A stretch of 32,000 nucleotides of DNA from Breznakia sp. PF5-3 (GTDB lineage: Bacteria > Bacillota_I > Bacilli_A > Erysipelotrichales > Erysipelotrichaceae), in contig NZ_JAQFIQ010000029.1 in assembly GCF_029504745.1 (NCBI RefSeq), forward strand, positions 104 to 32,103. The letters run 5' to 3'. Made by a program: the position numbers and the translations under genes. The notes beneath the pieces are model-generated. The model had not been told where the DNA came from. It saw nothing but the letters and a program-made list of their open reading frames with translations, and did not search any database. This document shows positions 1 to 10,727 of this stretch, piece by piece. Numbering within the stretch: position 1 is the stretch's first letter; each line of letters starts with the position of its first letter.

Positions 1-16
1 AAAAGTAAAAAAAGTC

Positions 17-45
17 TTGCAAAGCCGATGGATAAAGAGTATAAT
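17..45 (+). promoter_or_regulatory. Candidate sigma-A promoter of the S10 operon (TTGCAA-17 nt-TATAAT)
   Basis: TTGCAA at 17-22, 17-nt spacer, TATAAT at 40-45. This leaves a leader of about 120 nt before rpsJ with a 10-bp stem (77-86 with 106-115) and a 7-bp AU stem (135-141 with 147-153). Confidence 0.5.
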
Positions 46-168
46 CAATTCGTGACCGCAATGAAGTGCGAGGTTGCTGACACACCGATACACGTTGTCA
101 TGGGTGGTGTGTTAGGGAATTCGGATGGAGCGAGTCTATAAATCAATTATAGATGAAAGGAGTTTATC

Positions 169-480
169 ATGGCAAAAAACAGTGTACGTATTAGATTAAA
201 AGCGTATGAACACAGAATCTTGGATGCAAGTGCAGAAAAGATCGTAAAATCAGCACAGTCTCACGGTGCGAAGAAAATTGTTGGTCCAGTACCACTACCA
301 ACTGAAAAGCAAGTTGTTACTATCTTGCGTGCGGTACATAAATATAAAGACTCTCGTGAACAGTTCGAAGTAAGAACTCACAAGCGTTTAATCGAAATCG
401 TTGGTCCAACGGCTGAAACAATCGATTCTTTACAAAGATTGGAATTGCCAAGCGGTGTGGATATCGAAATCAAATTATAG
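169..480 (+). CDS. rpsJ: 30S ribosomal protein S10
   Basis: 103 aa. [13 protein letters not shown] and PLPTEK motifs, AGGAG upstream, first gene of the S10 operon. Confidence 0.97.
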   Translation: MAKNSVRIRLKAYEHRILDASAEKIVKSAQSHGAKKIVGPVPLPTEKQVVTILRAVHKYKDSREQFEVRTHKRLIEIVGPTAETIDSLQRLELPSGVDIEIKL

Positions 481-492
481 GAGGTGAAAACT

Positions 493-1263
493 ATGAAAGG
501 TATATTAGGACGTAAAATTGGCATGACTCAAGTTTTCACTGAAGATGGAGTATTAATTCCAGTAACAGTAGTTGAGGCTACACCAAATATTGTTTTACAA
601 AAGAAAACAGTAGAAAATGATGGCTATGAAGCTGTTCAATTAGGATTTGAAGATGTAAAAGAACGTAGAGCGACAAAGGCTAGTAAAGGTCATGCAGCAA
701 AAGTAAACACTGCACCAAAGAAATTCGCTAGAGAAATTCGTGGTAATGGTATGACAGATCTAGAATTAGGAGCTGAAGTTAAAGTTGATATTTTTGAAGC
801 AGGGGACATCGTTGATGTTACTGGTACTTCAAAAGGAAAAGGGTTCATGGGAACAGTTGTGAGAAACAACGCTTCAATCGGACCTAAATCACATGGTTCT
901 GGACACCACAGACACATTGGTTCTCTTGCTACAGGAGGTATTACTTCTCGTAAGGGTAAAATTGATAAAGGTACTGTGATGGCAGGGCAAGAAGGTGGAT
1001 ATAAAACAACGAACCAAAACTTGGAAATCATTAAAGTAGATGCAAATGAAAACTACTTATTGATTAAAGGAAATGTTCCAGGTCCTAAAAAGGGATTGGT
1101 AATTGTAAAATCTGCAGTTAAGAAAACTAAGAAAGATGCTGAAATATTAGTGTCTTATGAAGACGAAGTGGTTGAGGAAGTTGTAGAAGAAGTAGTTGCT
1201 ACAGAAGCTGAACCAGTAGTTGAAGAAGTAGCTAGTGAAACTAGCGATGCTAAGGAGGAATAG
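493..1263 (+). CDS. rplC: 50S ribosomal protein L3 with acidic C-terminal extension
   Basis: [16 protein letters not shown]-terminus. ATG at 493 lies 8 nt after AGGAGG; the GTG at 484 given in the ORF track overlaps the SD. Synteny supports the call. Confidence 0.95.
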   Translation: MKGILGRKIGMTQVFTEDGVLIPVTVVEATPNIVLQKKTVENDGYEAVQLGFEDVKERRATKASKGHAAKVNTAPKKFAREIRGNGMTDLELGAEVKVDIFEAGDIVDVTGTSKGKGFMGTVVRNNASIGPKSHGSGHHRHIGSLATGGITSRKGKIDKGTVMAGQEGGYKTTNQNLEIIKVDANENYLLIKGNVPGPKKGLVIVKSAVKKTKKDAEILVSYEDEVVEEVVEEVVATEAEPVVEEVASETSDAKEE

Positions 1264-1266
1264 AAG

Positions 1267-1896
1267 ATGGCTAAGGTGAGCGTTATTAACCAAGAAGGTA
1301 AAAAAGTAAAAGACATCACTTTAAAAGCTGATATCTTTGGAATTGAACCTAATCAACAAGTAATCTTTGACGCAATCGTTATGCAACAAGCTTCGAAACG
1401 CCAAGGTACTCACGATGTGAAAAATCGTACAGAAGTTAGAGGAGGAGGGCGTAAGCCTTACCGCCAAAAGGGTAGCGGGCGTGCTCGTCAAGGTTCGATT
1501 AGATCTCCACAATGGAGAGGTGGAGGAATTGTCTTTGGACCAACTCCAAGAAGTTATAAGTATTCTTTAAATAAAAAAGTTAGAAAATTAGCTTTGAAAT
1601 CAGTATTATCTGAAAAAGCAATCGATAAAGATATTATCGTAGTAGACAAGTTTGAATTGGCTGCACCAAAAACAAAAGATTTCAAAAAAATCATTGATGC
1701 AATTGGTGCAACTAAGAAAACATTATTTGTTGTAGATACAGAAGAAGATTACGAAAATGCATTGTTATCAATGAGAAACATTCAAAGCATGGTAATGTTA
1801 CCTGCTGAAGGAATCAATGTTTATGATTTGGTAAATGCAAACAAACTAGTCTTTACAGAAGCAGCTATGAAAAAGGTTGAGGAGGTGCTTGGATAA
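1267..1896 (+). CDS. rplD: 50S ribosomal protein L4
   Basis: 209 aa. [20 protein letters not shown] motif and synteny. Confidence 0.97.
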   Translation: MAKVSVINQEGKKVKDITLKADIFGIEPNQQVIFDAIVMQQASKRQGTHDVKNRTEVRGGGRKPYRQKGSGRARQGSIRSPQWRGGGIVFGPTPRSYKYSLNKKVRKLALKSVLSEKAIDKDIIVVDKFELAAPKTKDFKKIIDAIGATKKTLFVVDTEEDYENALLSMRNIQSMVMLPAEGINVYDLVNANKLVFTEAAMKKVEEVLG

Positions 1897-2183
1897 TGAA
1901 AAACGCTAGAGATATTATCATCCGTCCAATCATCACTGAAAAGACGATGACAAACATGGATAATGAAAACAAAGTTACATTCGAAGTAGTTAAAGGATGT
2001 AATAAGACAGAAGTGAAACATGCTGTTGAAGAAATCTTTAATGTAAAGGTTGAAAAAGTAAACATCATGAATGTAAGACCAAAAGCAAAACGTATGGGTA
2101 AATACGAAGGTACTACAAAAGCAGTACGTAAAGCGATTGTAAAAGTAGCTGAAGGTCAAGAAATTAATTTATTCACTGAATAA
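1896..2183 (+). CDS. rplW: 50S ribosomal protein L23
   Basis: 95 aa. [10 protein letters not shown] motif; the start shares 1 nt with the rplD stop. Confidence 0.96.
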   Translation: MKNARDIIIRPIITEKTMTNMDNENKVTFEVVKGCNKTEVKHAVEEIFNVKVEKVNIMNVRPKAKRMGKYEGTTKAVRKAIVKVAEGQEINLFTE

Positions 2184-2243
2184 TATATACGAGGAGAATC
2201 ACGCTATTTCTCGTCATAAAATGCGTTAGGAGGAAAATGTTAA

Positions 2244-3077
2244 ATGGGTATTAAGAAGTATAAACCAACCACACCTGGTCGTCGTGGGATGACAAGTTTA
2301 ACGTTCGAAGAAATTACAAAAACAACTCCAGAGAAAAGTTTAACAGAAAAACTTACAAAACATTCTGGTCGTAATAATGATGGACGTATCACAACACGCC
2401 ACAAAGGTGGTGGACACAAAAGACTGTATCGTGTAATTGATTTTAAAAGAAATAAAGATGGAATTGCAGCTACTGTAGCAGCAATTGAATATGATCCAAA
2501 CCGTTCTGCCAATATTGCTTTATTAAGCTATGCAGATGGTGAAAAAAGATATATCTTAGCTCCAAAAGGATTAACTGTTGGAACAAAGGTTGAATCAGGA
2601 AGCGAAGCTGACATAAAAGTTGGTAACTGTATGGAAATGAAAGATATGCCAGAAGGTACTTTCATTCATAACGTTGAATTGAAGCCTGGTAAAGGTGGAC
2701 AATTGGCAAGATCTGCTGGTTGTTCAGCACAAATCTTAGGTTTGGAAGGTAAGTATGTAACACTTCGTTTATCTTCAGGTGAAGTACGTAAAGTGTTAGC
2801 TAACTGTCGTGCAACAATTGGTGTTGTAGGAAATGAAGACCATAGCTTAGTAAATGTAGGGAAAGCTGGTAGAAGTCGTTGGAAAGGTATTCGTCCAACT
2901 GTACGTGGATCAGTTATGAACCCGAATGATCACCCTCATGGTGGTGGGGAAGGTCGTACTCCGATCGGACGTAAATCACCAATGACACCTTGGGGTAAAA
3001 AAGCAATGGGTGTTGTAACTCGTAAAAAGAAAAACGCATCGGATAAATTGATTGTCCGTCGTCGTAACAGTAAGTAA
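2244..3077 (+). CDS. rplB: 50S ribosomal protein L2
   Basis: 277 aa. [15 protein letters not shown] and [14 protein letters not shown] motifs. Confidence 0.98.
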   Translation: MGIKKYKPTTPGRRGMTSLTFEEITKTTPEKSLTEKLTKHSGRNNDGRITTRHKGGGHKRLYRVIDFKRNKDGIAATVAAIEYDPNRSANIALLSYADGEKRYILAPKGLTVGTKVESGSEADIKVGNCMEMKDMPEGTFIHNVELKPGKGGQLARSAGCSAQILGLEGKYVTLRLSSGEVRKVLANCRATIGVVGNEDHSLVNVGKAGRSRWKGIRPTVRGSVMNPNDHPHGGGEGRTPIGRKSPMTPWGKKAMGVVTRKKKNASDKLIVRRRNSK

Positions 3078-3097
3078 GGCAAAGGAGGAAATGTAAA

Positions 3098-3373
3098 ATG
3101 AGTCGTAGTCTTAAAAAAGGACCTTTCTGTGATGAACACTTAATGAAAAAAGTGGAAGCAGTAAATGCGTCTGGGAAAAAAGAAGTAATTAAAACATGGT
3201 CTCGTAGATCAACTATCTTCCCACAATTCGTGGAACATACTTTTGCCGTTTACAATGGTAAAGAACACTTACCGGTATATGTTACGGAAGATATGGTAGG
3301 TCATAAATTAGGTGAGTTTGTACCTACGAGAAAATACGCTGGTCACGGTAGTGATGATAAAAAGGCTAGATAG
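3098..3373 (+). CDS. rpsS: 30S ribosomal protein S19
   Basis: 91 aa. [10 protein letters not shown] and GHKLGEF motifs. Confidence 0.97.
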   Translation: MSRSLKKGPFCDEHLMKKVEAVNASGKKEVIKTWSRRSTIFPQFVEHTFAVYNGKEHLPVYVTEDMVGHKLGEFVPTRKYAGHGSDDKKAR

Positions 3374-3387
3374 AGGAGGAATTAGTA

Positions 3388-3723
3388 ATGGAAGTTAAAG
3401 CAACAGCAAAAACTCTACGTATTCCACCAAGAAAAGCTAGACTAGTATTAGATCTTATCCGTGGAAAAGATGTAGAAGAAGCAGCCGCTATTTTGAGATT
3501 TACACCTAACTTTGCTGCTGAAGCAACAGGTAAGGTATTGAACTCTGCAGTAGCAAATGCAGTAAACAATCATGATTTAGAAGAAGAAAGATTATACGTA
3601 AAAGCATGTTACGCTGATGAAAGTGTTACTTTAAAACGTTTCATGCCACGTGCAAAAGGATCTGCAAGTGCGATCCACAAACGTACAAGTCACATCACAG
3701 TTGTTGTGGCGGAAAGAGATTAG
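3388..3723 (+). CDS. rplV: 50S ribosomal protein L22
   Basis: 111 aa. [17 protein letters not shown] motif. Confidence 0.97.
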   Translation: MEVKATAKTLRIPPRKARLVLDLIRGKDVEEAAAILRFTPNFAAEATGKVLNSAVANAVNNHDLEEERLYVKACYADESVTLKRFMPRAKGSASAIHKRTSHITVVVAERD

Positions 3724-3733
3724 GAGGTAACTC

Positions 3734-4567
3734 ATGGGTCAAAAAGTAAGTCCAATCGGATTGAGAGTTGGTATTATCCGCGATTGGGAATCAAGATGGT
3801 TCGCTGAAAAGGATTATGCTGACTTATTGTTAGAAGATATTAAAATTCGTGAATATTTATTTAAAGAACTTAAGGGTGCATCTGTCTCTAAAGTTGAAAT
3901 TGAAAGAACAAAAAGCCGTGTTAATGTAATTATCAAAACTGCTATGCCAGGTATGGTAATTGGATCTAACGGTGGTGAAAATGTAGAAAAATTGAAAAAA
4001 GCATTAGTTAAGATGACAAATAACAAAGCAATTTATATCAAAGTATTGGAAATTGCGAATCCTTATTTGGATGCTAAGCTTGTAGCAAGAAACATTGCTG
4101 ATCAATTGGAAAACCGTGCTTCATTTAGAACAGCACAAAAAAGAGCAATCCAACAAACTATGAGAGCAGGAGCAAAAGGAATTAAAACTGCAGTTTCTGG
4201 TCGATTAGGTGGTGCTGATATGGCTCGTACGGAAGGATATAGTGAAGGAAATGTACCTTTGCATACACTTCGTGCAGATATCGATTATGCTTGGGAAGAA
4301 GCGGCTACTACATATGGACGTTTAGGTGTTAAGGTTTGGATTTGTCGTGGTGAAGTATTACCAGGGGAAATGGTAAAAGAACCAGAAGCTCCAAAAGTTG
4401 ATATGAGAGATCGTCGCCGTCCAAGAAGAAATAACGATAGAAGAAACAATAACAACAACCGCTCTGCAGGACAAAATGCAGGGGGAAGAGGTCCGGTAAA
4501 AGCAGCAGCTGAAAAAACAGAAGCAAAAGCGCCTGAAGCTGCAGCAAATACTGAAGGAGGTAATTAA
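3734..4567 (+). CDS. rpsC: 30S ribosomal protein S3 with basic/Ala-rich C-terminal extension
   Basis: [14 protein letters not shown]-terminus and KH-domain motifs. 277 aa, compared with about 218 aa in Bacillus. Confidence 0.97.
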   Translation: MGQKVSPIGLRVGIIRDWESRWFAEKDYADLLLEDIKIREYLFKELKGASVSKVEIERTKSRVNVIIKTAMPGMVIGSNGGENVEKLKKALVKMTNNKAIYIKVLEIANPYLDAKLVARNIADQLENRASFRTAQKRAIQQTMRAGAKGIKTAVSGRLGGADMARTEGYSEGNVPLHTLRADIDYAWEEAATTYGRLGVKVWICRGEVLPGEMVKEPEAPKVDMRDRRRPRRNNDRRNNNNNRSAGQNAGGRGPVKAAAEKTEAKAPEAAANTEGGN

Positions 4568-4569
4568 TT

Positions 4570-4983
4570 ATGTTAATGCCTAAAAGAACAAAATATAGAA
4601 GACCACACCGTTTAAGCTATGAAGGTCGTGCGAAAGCAGGACGTGAAGTTGCTTTTGGTGAATATGGGTTAATGGCTGATACTGGAAACTATGTAAGTAA
4701 CCGTCAAATTGAGGCTGCCCGTGTTGCTATGACACGTTACATGAAACGTGGTGGGAAAGTTTGGATTAAAATATTCCCTCATTTAGCAAGAACAGCAAAA
4801 CCTCTTGAAGTACGTATGGGTTCTGGTAAAGGGGCACCTGACAGCTGGGTAGCAGTAGTAAAAGCTGGCTGTATCATGTTTGAAATTGCTGGAGTTAGCG
4901 AAGAAGTTGCACGTGAAGCATTCCGTTTGGCTTCTCACAAATTACCAGTAAAATGTAAGTTTGTTAAGAAGGGGGAAGAGTAA
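4570..4983 (+). CDS. rplP: 50S ribosomal protein L16
   Basis: [12 protein letters not shown]-terminus, 137 aa. Confidence 0.97.
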   Translation: MLMPKRTKYRRPHRLSYEGRAKAGREVAFGEYGLMADTGNYVSNRQIEAARVAMTRYMKRGGKVWIKIFPHLARTAKPLEVRMGSGKGAPDSWVAVVKAGCIMFEIAGVSEEVAREAFRLASHKLPVKCKFVKKGEE

Positions 4984-4986
4984 TTT

Positions 4987-5184
4987 ATGTTAGCTAAAGA
5001 AATAAGAGAAAAAAGCAATGAAGAGTTGCTAAAAGATGTTGATTTACTAAAAGAAGAACTTTTTAACCTTCGTTTTCAACAAGCTACGGGGCAACTGGAA
5101 AACAGTGCTCGTATGAAAGATATTAAGAAGACAATTGCACGTATTAAAACAATTATGGGTGAAAGAGCCCGTGTAAGCGAATAG
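4987..5184 (+). CDS. rpmC: 50S ribosomal protein L29
   Basis: 65 aa. [15 protein letters not shown] motif. Confidence 0.96.
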   Translation: MLAKEIREKSNEELLKDVDLLKEELFNLRFQQATGQLENSARMKDIKKTIARIKTIMGERARVSE

Positions 5185-5196
5185 GAGGATGTTGTG

Positions 5197-5457
5197 ATGG
5201 AAAGATCAAATCGTAAAGTATATCGTGGAACAGTTGTTTCAGATAAAATGGACAAAACTATTACAGTTGTAGTAGAAACGAAAAAAACACATCCTTTATA
5301 TGGAAAACGTGTTAAATATTCGAAAAAATTCAAAGCTCACGATGCTAACAACGAAGCTAAGATCGGTGATAAGGTAGTAATTATGGAAACTCGTCCATTA
5401 AGTGCTACAAAACGTTTCCGTTTGATAGAAATCGTTGAAAAAGCAGTTGTGCTGTAG
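5197..5457 (+). CDS. rpsQ: 30S ribosomal protein S17
   Basis: [14 protein letters not shown] motif. ATG at 5197 lies 8 nt after AGGAGG (5183-5188); the GTG at 5194 is the ORF-track start. Confidence 0.95.
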   Translation: MERSNRKVYRGTVVSDKMDKTITVVVETKKTHPLYGKRVKYSKKFKAHDANNEAKIGDKVVIMETRPLSATKRFRLIEIVEKAVVL

Positions 5458-5474
5458 GTCAGGAGGGTAATTTT

Positions 5475-5843
5475 ATGATTCAAAGTGAAAGTAGATTACG
5501 CGTAGCCGACAACACTGGTGCAAAGGAAGTTTTGGTCATTAGAAACTTAGGTGGAAGTGTTCGTAAATTTTCAAACATTGGTGATATAGTAGTATGTACT
5601 GTAAAACAGGCTGCTCCTGGTGGGACAGTAAAAAAAGGTGAAGTTGTAAAGGCTGTCATCGTTCGTACTGTTCGCGGAGTTAGAAGAGATAATGGAACAT
5701 ACATTAAATTTGACGACAATGCGGTAGTAATTATTAAAGATGATAACACGCCTCGTGGTACCAGAATCTTTGGTCCAGTGGCGAGAGAATTGCGTGAAAA
5801 AGACTTTATGAAAATAGTGTCTTTGGCACCGGAAGTATTATAG
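5475..5843 (+). CDS. rplN: 50S ribosomal protein L14
   Basis: 122 aa. [18 protein letters not shown]-terminus. Confidence 0.98.
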   Translation: MIQSESRLRVADNTGAKEVLVIRNLGGSVRKFSNIGDIVVCTVKQAAPGGTVKKGEVVKAVIVRTVRGVRRDNGTYIKFDDNAVVIIKDDNTPRGTRIFGPVARELREKDFMKIVSLAPEVL

Positions 5844-5854
5844 GAGGTATCTTT

Positions 5855-6163
5855 GTGAAAATCAAAAAAGGTGATAAAGTTCAAGTTATTACAGGATCTG
5901 ACAAAGGTACTGTAGCTGAAGTTATTAAAGTTCTTCCAAGAAGAGATATGGTTATCGTTGAAGGTGTAAACATGAAGAAAAAGCATTTAAAACCAACACA
6001 GGAAAATCCTGATGGTGGGATTGCTGAAGGTGAAGCACCAATTCATGTGTCTAATGTTATGGCATATGATGCAAAAGCGAAAAAGGCAAGCAGAATCTCA
6101 TTCAAAGAAGAAAAAGGAAAGAAAGTACGCGTCTATTCAAAATCTGGCGCTACTATTAAGTAG
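5855..6163 (+). CDS. rplX: 50S ribosomal protein L24
   Basis: GTG start after GGAGG. KIKKGDKVQVITGSDKG (KOW) motif. Confidence 0.95.
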   Translation: MKIKKGDKVQVITGSDKGTVAEVIKVLPRRDMVIVEGVNMKKKHLKPTQENPDGGIAEGEAPIHVSNVMAYDAKAKKASRISFKEEKGKKVRVYSKSGATIK

Positions 6164-6175
6164 GGAGGTATGATG

Positions 6176-6730
6176 ATGAACCGCCTAAATGAAAAATATC
6201 TTAAAGAAGTTAGTCCTTCTTTAATGAAGAAATTTGACTATAAATCTGTGATGGAAGTGCCTAAAGTTGAAAAAATTGTTATCAACATCGGTCTTGGTGA
6301 AGCTGTAGCAAATCCAAAGGTGATGGAAGATGCAGTTGCTGAACTTACACAAATCACAGGTCAAAAACCAGTTGTTACAAAAGCAAAAAAATCAATTGCG
6401 AACTATAAGCTTAGAGCTGGAATGCCAATTGGTTGTAAAGTAACATTACGTGGAGAAAAAATGTATGATTTCTTATACAAACTTGTAAATCTTTCTTTAC
6501 CACGTGTGAGAGACTTCAGAGGAGTTTCAAACTCAGCATTTGATGGTAGAGGGAACTATACATTAGGTATTAAGGAACAAATTATTTTCCCAGAAATTAA
6601 TTATGATAAAGTTAGTAAATTGCGTGGTATGGATATTATTATCGTAACAACTGCAAATACTAATGATGAGGCAAAAGCTCTTCTTGAAGAGTTAGGAATG
6701 CCTTTTAGAAAGCAAGGAGGACAAAACTAA
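6176..6730 (+). CDS. rplE: 50S ribosomal protein L5
   Basis: MNRLNEKY N-terminus. The third of three tandem ATGs (6170/6173/6176) has the best spacing from GGAGG at 6164-6168. Confidence 0.94.
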   Translation: MNRLNEKYLKEVSPSLMKKFDYKSVMEVPKVEKIVINIGLGEAVANPKVMEDAVAELTQITGQKPVVTKAKKSIANYKLRAGMPIGCKVTLRGEKMYDFLYKLVNLSLPRVRDFRGVSNSAFDGRGNYTLGIKEQIIFPEINYDKVSKLRGMDIIIVTTANTNDEAKALLEELGMPFRKQGGQN

Positions 6731-6915
6731 TGGCAAAGAAAGCGATGATCGAAAAATCAAAACGCCCTCAAAAGTTTAAAGTTCGTGAATATACTAGATG
6801 CGAACGTTGTGGACGTCCTCATTCAGTTTTAAGAAAATACAAACTATGCCGTGTTTGCTTTAGAGAATTGGCTTATAAAGGTCAAATCCCTGGAGTTAAA
6901 AAGGCAAGTTGGTAA
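6730..6915 (+). CDS. rpsZ: 30S ribosomal protein S14, type Z (zinc-binding)
   Basis: 61 aa. CERCGRP and CRVCFRE give two CxxC pairs; the start shares 1 nt with the rplE stop. Confidence 0.96.
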   Translation: MAKKAMIEKSKRPQKFKVREYTRCERCGRPHSVLRKYKLCRVCFRELAYKGQIPGVKKASW

Positions 6916-6933
6916 TAAGGAGGAATAGTTATT

Positions 6934-7329
6934 ATGATTATGACTGACCCAATTGCAGATATGCTAACAAGAGTAAGAAATGCTATTCAAGCGCGTCATA
7001 CAACAGTAGATATTCCTGCAAATAAAGAAAAGGTTGAAATCGCAAAGATTTTAAAAGAAGAAGGATTCATTACAGATTTTGAAGTGAGTGGTGATGTTAA
7101 GAAAACGATTACTGTTACTTTGAAATATGGTCCTAACAATGAAAAAGTAATCAATGGTATTAAGAGAATTTCATCACCTGGTCTTCGTGTTTACACGAAA
7201 GCAGATGATATGCCTAGAGTATTAAATGGTTTAGGTATTGCGATTATCTCTACAAGCCATGGATTGTTAACAGACAAAGATGCAAAAGCGAAAAATGTTG
7301 GTGGCGAAGTTGTCGCTTACGTTTGGTAG
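6934..7329 (+). CDS. rpsH: 30S ribosomal protein S8
   Basis: [15 protein letters not shown] motif, 131 aa. Confidence 0.97.
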   Translation: MIMTDPIADMLTRVRNAIQARHTTVDIPANKEKVEIAKILKEEGFITDFEVSGDVKKTITVTLKYGPNNEKVINGIKRISSPGLRVYTKADDMPRVLNGLGIAIISTSHGLLTDKDAKAKNVGGEVVAYVW

Positions 7330-7350
7330 TTAACGGAGGTAAAGTAAAGA

Positions 7351-7899
7351 ATGTCACGTATCGGAAATAAAGCGATTACCATTCCTGCTGGAGTAGAAAT
7401 TACAATCTCTAGTACGAATGAGGTGACTGTTAAAGGACCTAAGGGAACTTTAGCTCGTCAATTCTCACCTTTGATGGATATCAAGGTTGAAGAAGGAATT
7501 TTAAATGTTGCTCGTCAAAACGAACAAAAACATACAAAACAATTACATGGAACAACGCGTGCTCTTATTAACAACATGGTTGTGGGAGTATCGGAAGGAT
7601 TTGTAAAAGAACTTGAACTTATTGGTATTGGGTTTAAAGCAAATCTTAAAGGTAAAGTTCTTGAATTGATTGTTGGATATTCTCATCCAATTAATATTGA
7701 AATTGAAGATGGACTTACTTGTGAAGTACCTTCACAAACAGAAGTTAAGATTTCAGGAATTGATAAACAAAGAGTTGGTGAATGTGCTGCCAACATTAGA
7801 GCGGTTAGAAAACCAGAACCTTACAAAGGAAAAGGTATTCGCTATAAAGGTGAATATGTTCGTCGTAAGGAAGGTAAAACAGCTGCTAAGAAAGCATAG
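7351..7899 (+). CDS. rplF: 50S ribosomal protein L6
   Basis: [16 protein letters not shown]-terminus, 182 aa. Confidence 0.97.
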   Translation: MSRIGNKAITIPAGVEITISSTNEVTVKGPKGTLARQFSPLMDIKVEEGILNVARQNEQKHTKQLHGTTRALINNMVVGVSEGFVKELELIGIGFKANLKGKVLELIVGYSHPINIEIEDGLTCEVPSQTEVKISGIDKQRVGECAANIRAVRKPEPYKGKGIRYKGEYVRRKEGKTAAKKA

Positions 7900-7916
7900 A
7901 GTGGGAGGAGTAAAAT

Positions 7917-8273
7917 ATGATTAAGAAAACTGCAAAAAATGTTGAACGTAAACGCCGTCATGCACGTGTGCGTACGAAAATCAGTGGAACTCCAGAGTGC
8001 CCACGTTTAAATGTATTTCGTTCAAATGCGCATATACATGCACAAATTGTTGATGATGTGAATGGAAAAACTTTGGTTGCTGCTAGTAGCGTATCAATGA
8101 AAATTGATAATGGTAGCAATGTAGAAGCTGCTACAAAAGTTGGTGAAGAAATCGCTAAACTTGCAAAGAAAGCAAAAATTGAAAATGTTGTATTTGACCG
8201 TGGTGGATATATCTATCATGGACGTGTGAAAGCGTTAGCCGAAGCTGCTCGTGAAGCAGGGCTTAAGTTCTAA
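7917..8273 (+). CDS. rplR: 50S ribosomal protein L18
   Basis: [15 protein letters not shown] and [24 protein letters not shown] motifs. Confidence 0.97.
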   Translation: MIKKTAKNVERKRRHARVRTKISGTPECPRLNVFRSNAHIHAQIVDDVNGKTLVAASSVSMKIDNGSNVEAATKVGEEIAKLAKKAKIENVVFDRGGYIYHGRVKALAEAAREAGLKF

Positions 8274-8284
8274 AGGAGGTCACG

Positions 8285-8956
8285 ATGGAAAACAAACAAG
8301 AGGAAACAAAAACAGTAGAAGTTGTTGAAGAAGTGGCAACTCCAGAAGTTAAAGCTGAAACAACAGAAACAAAAGATGCAAAACCAGCTGCTAAACCAGC
8401 TCCAAGACAAGCATCAAACAATAATAGAAGAAATGATCGTAAACCTGGTGGTAGAAGACCAAGAAGAGATCGTCAAGAAAAAGAATTTGAAGAACGTGTT
8501 GTTACAATTAACCGTGTAACAAAAGTAGTAAAAGGGGGACGTCGTTTCCGTTTTGCAGCTTTAGTTGTTATTGGTGATGGTAAAGGACGTGTTGGATTTG
8601 GAACAGGAAAAGCAAATGAAGTTCCTGATGCAATTAAGAAAGCAATTGAAAACGCTAAGAAAAACTTATTTACAATTCCAACTGTTGGTACAACAATTCC
8701 ACACGCAATCACAGGAAATTATGGTGCAGGAAGCGTATTCTTACGTCCAGCATCAGAAGGTACTGGGGTAATTGCTGGTGGTGCCGTTCGTGATGTGTTA
8801 GAGGTAGCTGGTATCAAAGATGTTTTAACAAAATGTCTTGGTTCACGTACCCCAATTAACATGGTTCGTGCGACAATGGTTGCGTTACAAGAGCTAAAAA
8901 CAGTGGAAGATATTGCACGTCTTCGTGGAAAAAAACCAGAAGAGATTCGTGGTTAG
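8285..8956 (+). CDS. rpsE: 30S ribosomal protein S5 with a low-complexity N-terminal extension of about 55 aa
   Basis: The conserved core starts at [24 protein letters not shown]. 223 aa, compared with about 166 aa in Bacillus. Confidence 0.96.
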   Translation: MENKQEETKTVEVVEEVATPEVKAETTETKDAKPAAKPAPRQASNNNRRNDRKPGGRRPRRDRQEKEFEERVVTINRVTKVVKGGRRFRFAALVVIGDGKGRVGFGTGKANEVPDAIKKAIENAKKNLFTIPTVGTTIPHAITGNYGAGSVFLRPASEGTGVIAGGAVRDVLEVAGIKDVLTKCLGSRTPINMVRATMVALQELKTVEDIARLRGKKPEEIRG

Positions 8957-8968
8957 GAGGTATGCAAG

Positions 8969-9409
8969 ATGAAATTACATGAAATGAAATATAATGAAGG
9001 TGCTAGAAAAAATCGTAAACGTCTAGGACGTGGACATGCTTCAGGTACTGGAAAAACAGCAGGGAAGGGACATAAAGGACAAAATGCACGTTCAGGTGGT
9101 GGAGTTCGTTTAGGTTTTGAAGGTGGTCAAACACCATTAGCAAGAAGATTGCCAAAACGTGGATTTACAAACTTCACAAGAAAAGAATATGCAGTTGTTA
9201 ATGTTGAATCTTTAAATAAATTTGATAATGGAGTGGAAGTTACTCCAGAATTATTAATTGAAACAGGTCTAGTTGGGAAAGAGTTATATGGAATCAAAAT
9301 TCTAGGGCGTGGAGAATTAGAAAAGAAGTTAACTGTAAAAGCAAATAAATTTTCTAAATCAGCAGTAGCTGTTATAGAAAAAGCAGGCGGGAAAGCAGAG
9401 GTAATCTAA
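8969..9409 (+). CDS. rplO: 50S ribosomal protein L15
   Basis: 146 aa. [25 protein letters not shown] motif. Follows rpsE directly, with no rpmD between them. Confidence 0.97.
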   Translation: MKLHEMKYNEGARKNRKRLGRGHASGTGKTAGKGHKGQNARSGGGVRLGFEGGQTPLARRLPKRGFTNFTRKEYAVVNVESLNKFDNGVEVTPELLIETGLVGKELYGIKILGRGELEKKLTVKANKFSKSAVAVIEKAGGKAEVI

Positions 9410-9410
9410 C

Positions 9411-10724
9411 ATGTTTTCCACATTTGCTGACATGTTCAAGAATAAGGATATCCGCAAGAAAATTCTATTTACTTTAGCGATGTTATTTGTGTTCCGTTTC
9501 GGTGCACAAATTCCTGTCCCTAATGTAGATATTTCAACTGGAGTAGAAAGCAATAACTTAGTTTCAATGATGAACTTACTTGGTGGTGGAGCAATGGATA
9601 AATTATCTATTTTTGCACTAGGAGTTGGTCCTTATATTACAGCATCGATTATTATTCAATTATTGTCGATGGATGTAATTCCACATTTGACAGAACTTGC
9701 AAAGAGTGGTCAAACAGGTAGAAAACAACTTGACAAGTATACAAGGTATTTAGGTGTTGTATTATGTTTTGTGCAAGCGTACACAACAACATTAGTGTTA
9801 ACAAACTCTGATGGAAGTAGTATTCTTATTAATCAAAACTTATCTGGATTCTTATATGTAGCAACGATCTTTACAGCAGGAACAATGTTCTTGTTATGGA
9901 TCGCTGATCGAATTTCAATGCATGGTATTGGAAATGGTGTATCAATCATCATTTTCGCAGGTATCGTAGCAGATATGCCATTCCAATTTAGTGAAGCATT
10001 TAGATCATTAACTGCGGGAGCTAGTGGTAGTGCATTCTTTAATGGTATATTAACATTCAGTGGATTTATATTTATTTATTTATTAATTATTGTATTGGTT
10101 ATATTCATCCAAACGGCGGTACGTAAAATTCCAATTCAATATACTTCAAGTACAGTGCAAAATAAAAACAAAGATATGACTTATTTGCCATTGAAAATTA
10201 ACTCTGCAAGTGTTATTCCAGTAATCTTTGCATCAGCAGTTATGATTGCACCAGTAACAATTGTTCAATTATTGATCAATAACAGTGTAATTAAGGCGTC
10301 TGGTTGGACAAGTACAATGAGTGAATTGTTAGGTATGCAATCAGTACCATCCCTTTGTATTTATGCAGTACTAATATTCTTGTTTACTTTCTTCTATACG
10401 AAGTTAACAGTAGATCCAGAAAAGATCTCTGAAAATTTAAGTAAATCAGGAACATACATTCCAGGGATTCGTCCAGGAAAAGAAACAAAGGATTATATTA
10501 ATAAAGTGTTGTCTCGTATTACCGTATTAGGAGCATTATCATTAGTGTTTATTGCACTATTACCAAATGTTGCACCACTATTGATTCCTAGTTTACCTCA
10601 ATCAATTCGATTGGGTGGAACAGGGTTAATCATTGTTGTTGGGGTAGCGATGGAAACAGTTGCACAACTAAAAGGACAGATGACAGCGAAGTCTTACCGT
10701 GGTTTTATGGGGGTTAAAAGATAA
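9411..10724 (+). CDS. secY: Preprotein translocase subunit SecY
   Basis: 437 aa, about 10 TM segments. GVGPYITASIIIQLL motif and canonical position after rplO. Confidence 0.97.
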   Translation: MFSTFADMFKNKDIRKKILFTLAMLFVFRFGAQIPVPNVDISTGVESNNLVSMMNLLGGGAMDKLSIFALGVGPYITASIIIQLLSMDVIPHLTELAKSGQTGRKQLDKYTRYLGVVLCFVQAYTTTLVLTNSDGSSILINQNLSGFLYVATIFTAGTMFLLWIADRISMHGIGNGVSIIIFAGIVADMPFQFSEAFRSLTAGASGSAFFNGILTFSGFIFIYLLIIVLVIFIQTAVRKIPIQYTSSTVQNKNKDMTYLPLKINSASVIPVIFASAVMIAPVTIVQLLINNSVIKASGWTSTMSELLGMQSVPSLCIYAVLIFLFTFFYTKLTVDPEKISENLSKSGTYIPGIRPGKETKDYINKVLSRITVLGALSLVFIALLPNVAPLLIPSLPQSIRLGGTGLIIVVGVAMETVAQLKGQMTAKSYRGFMGVKR

Positions 10725-10727
10725 ACG

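Noticed and set aside
2184-2243. 60-nt rplW-rplB spacer with a small hairpin (GAGAA...TTCTC), considered as an internal attenuator
   Set aside because: The stem is only about 5 bp with no T-run. This is too weak to call from sequence alone.
5480-5986. 168-aa ORF on the minus strand, the longest unassigned ORF in the track
   Set aside because: It is entirely antisense to the highly conserved rplN and rplX. Its composition is low-complexity and Ser/Thr/Phe-rich, typical of a shadow frame, and it has no SD. The same reasoning applies to 690-1031(-), 1821-2159(-), 2240-2512(-), 8473-8712(-), 11625-11906(-) and 11983-12267(-).
7670-7924. Alternative-frame + strand ORFs inside rplF (7670-7924) and rpsE (8322-8519, 8565-8771)
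   Set aside because: They overlap conserved ribosomal genes in another frame. Their products are Lys/Gln/Leu-rich low-complexity strings produced by the A-rich coding sequence, and they have no independent SD.
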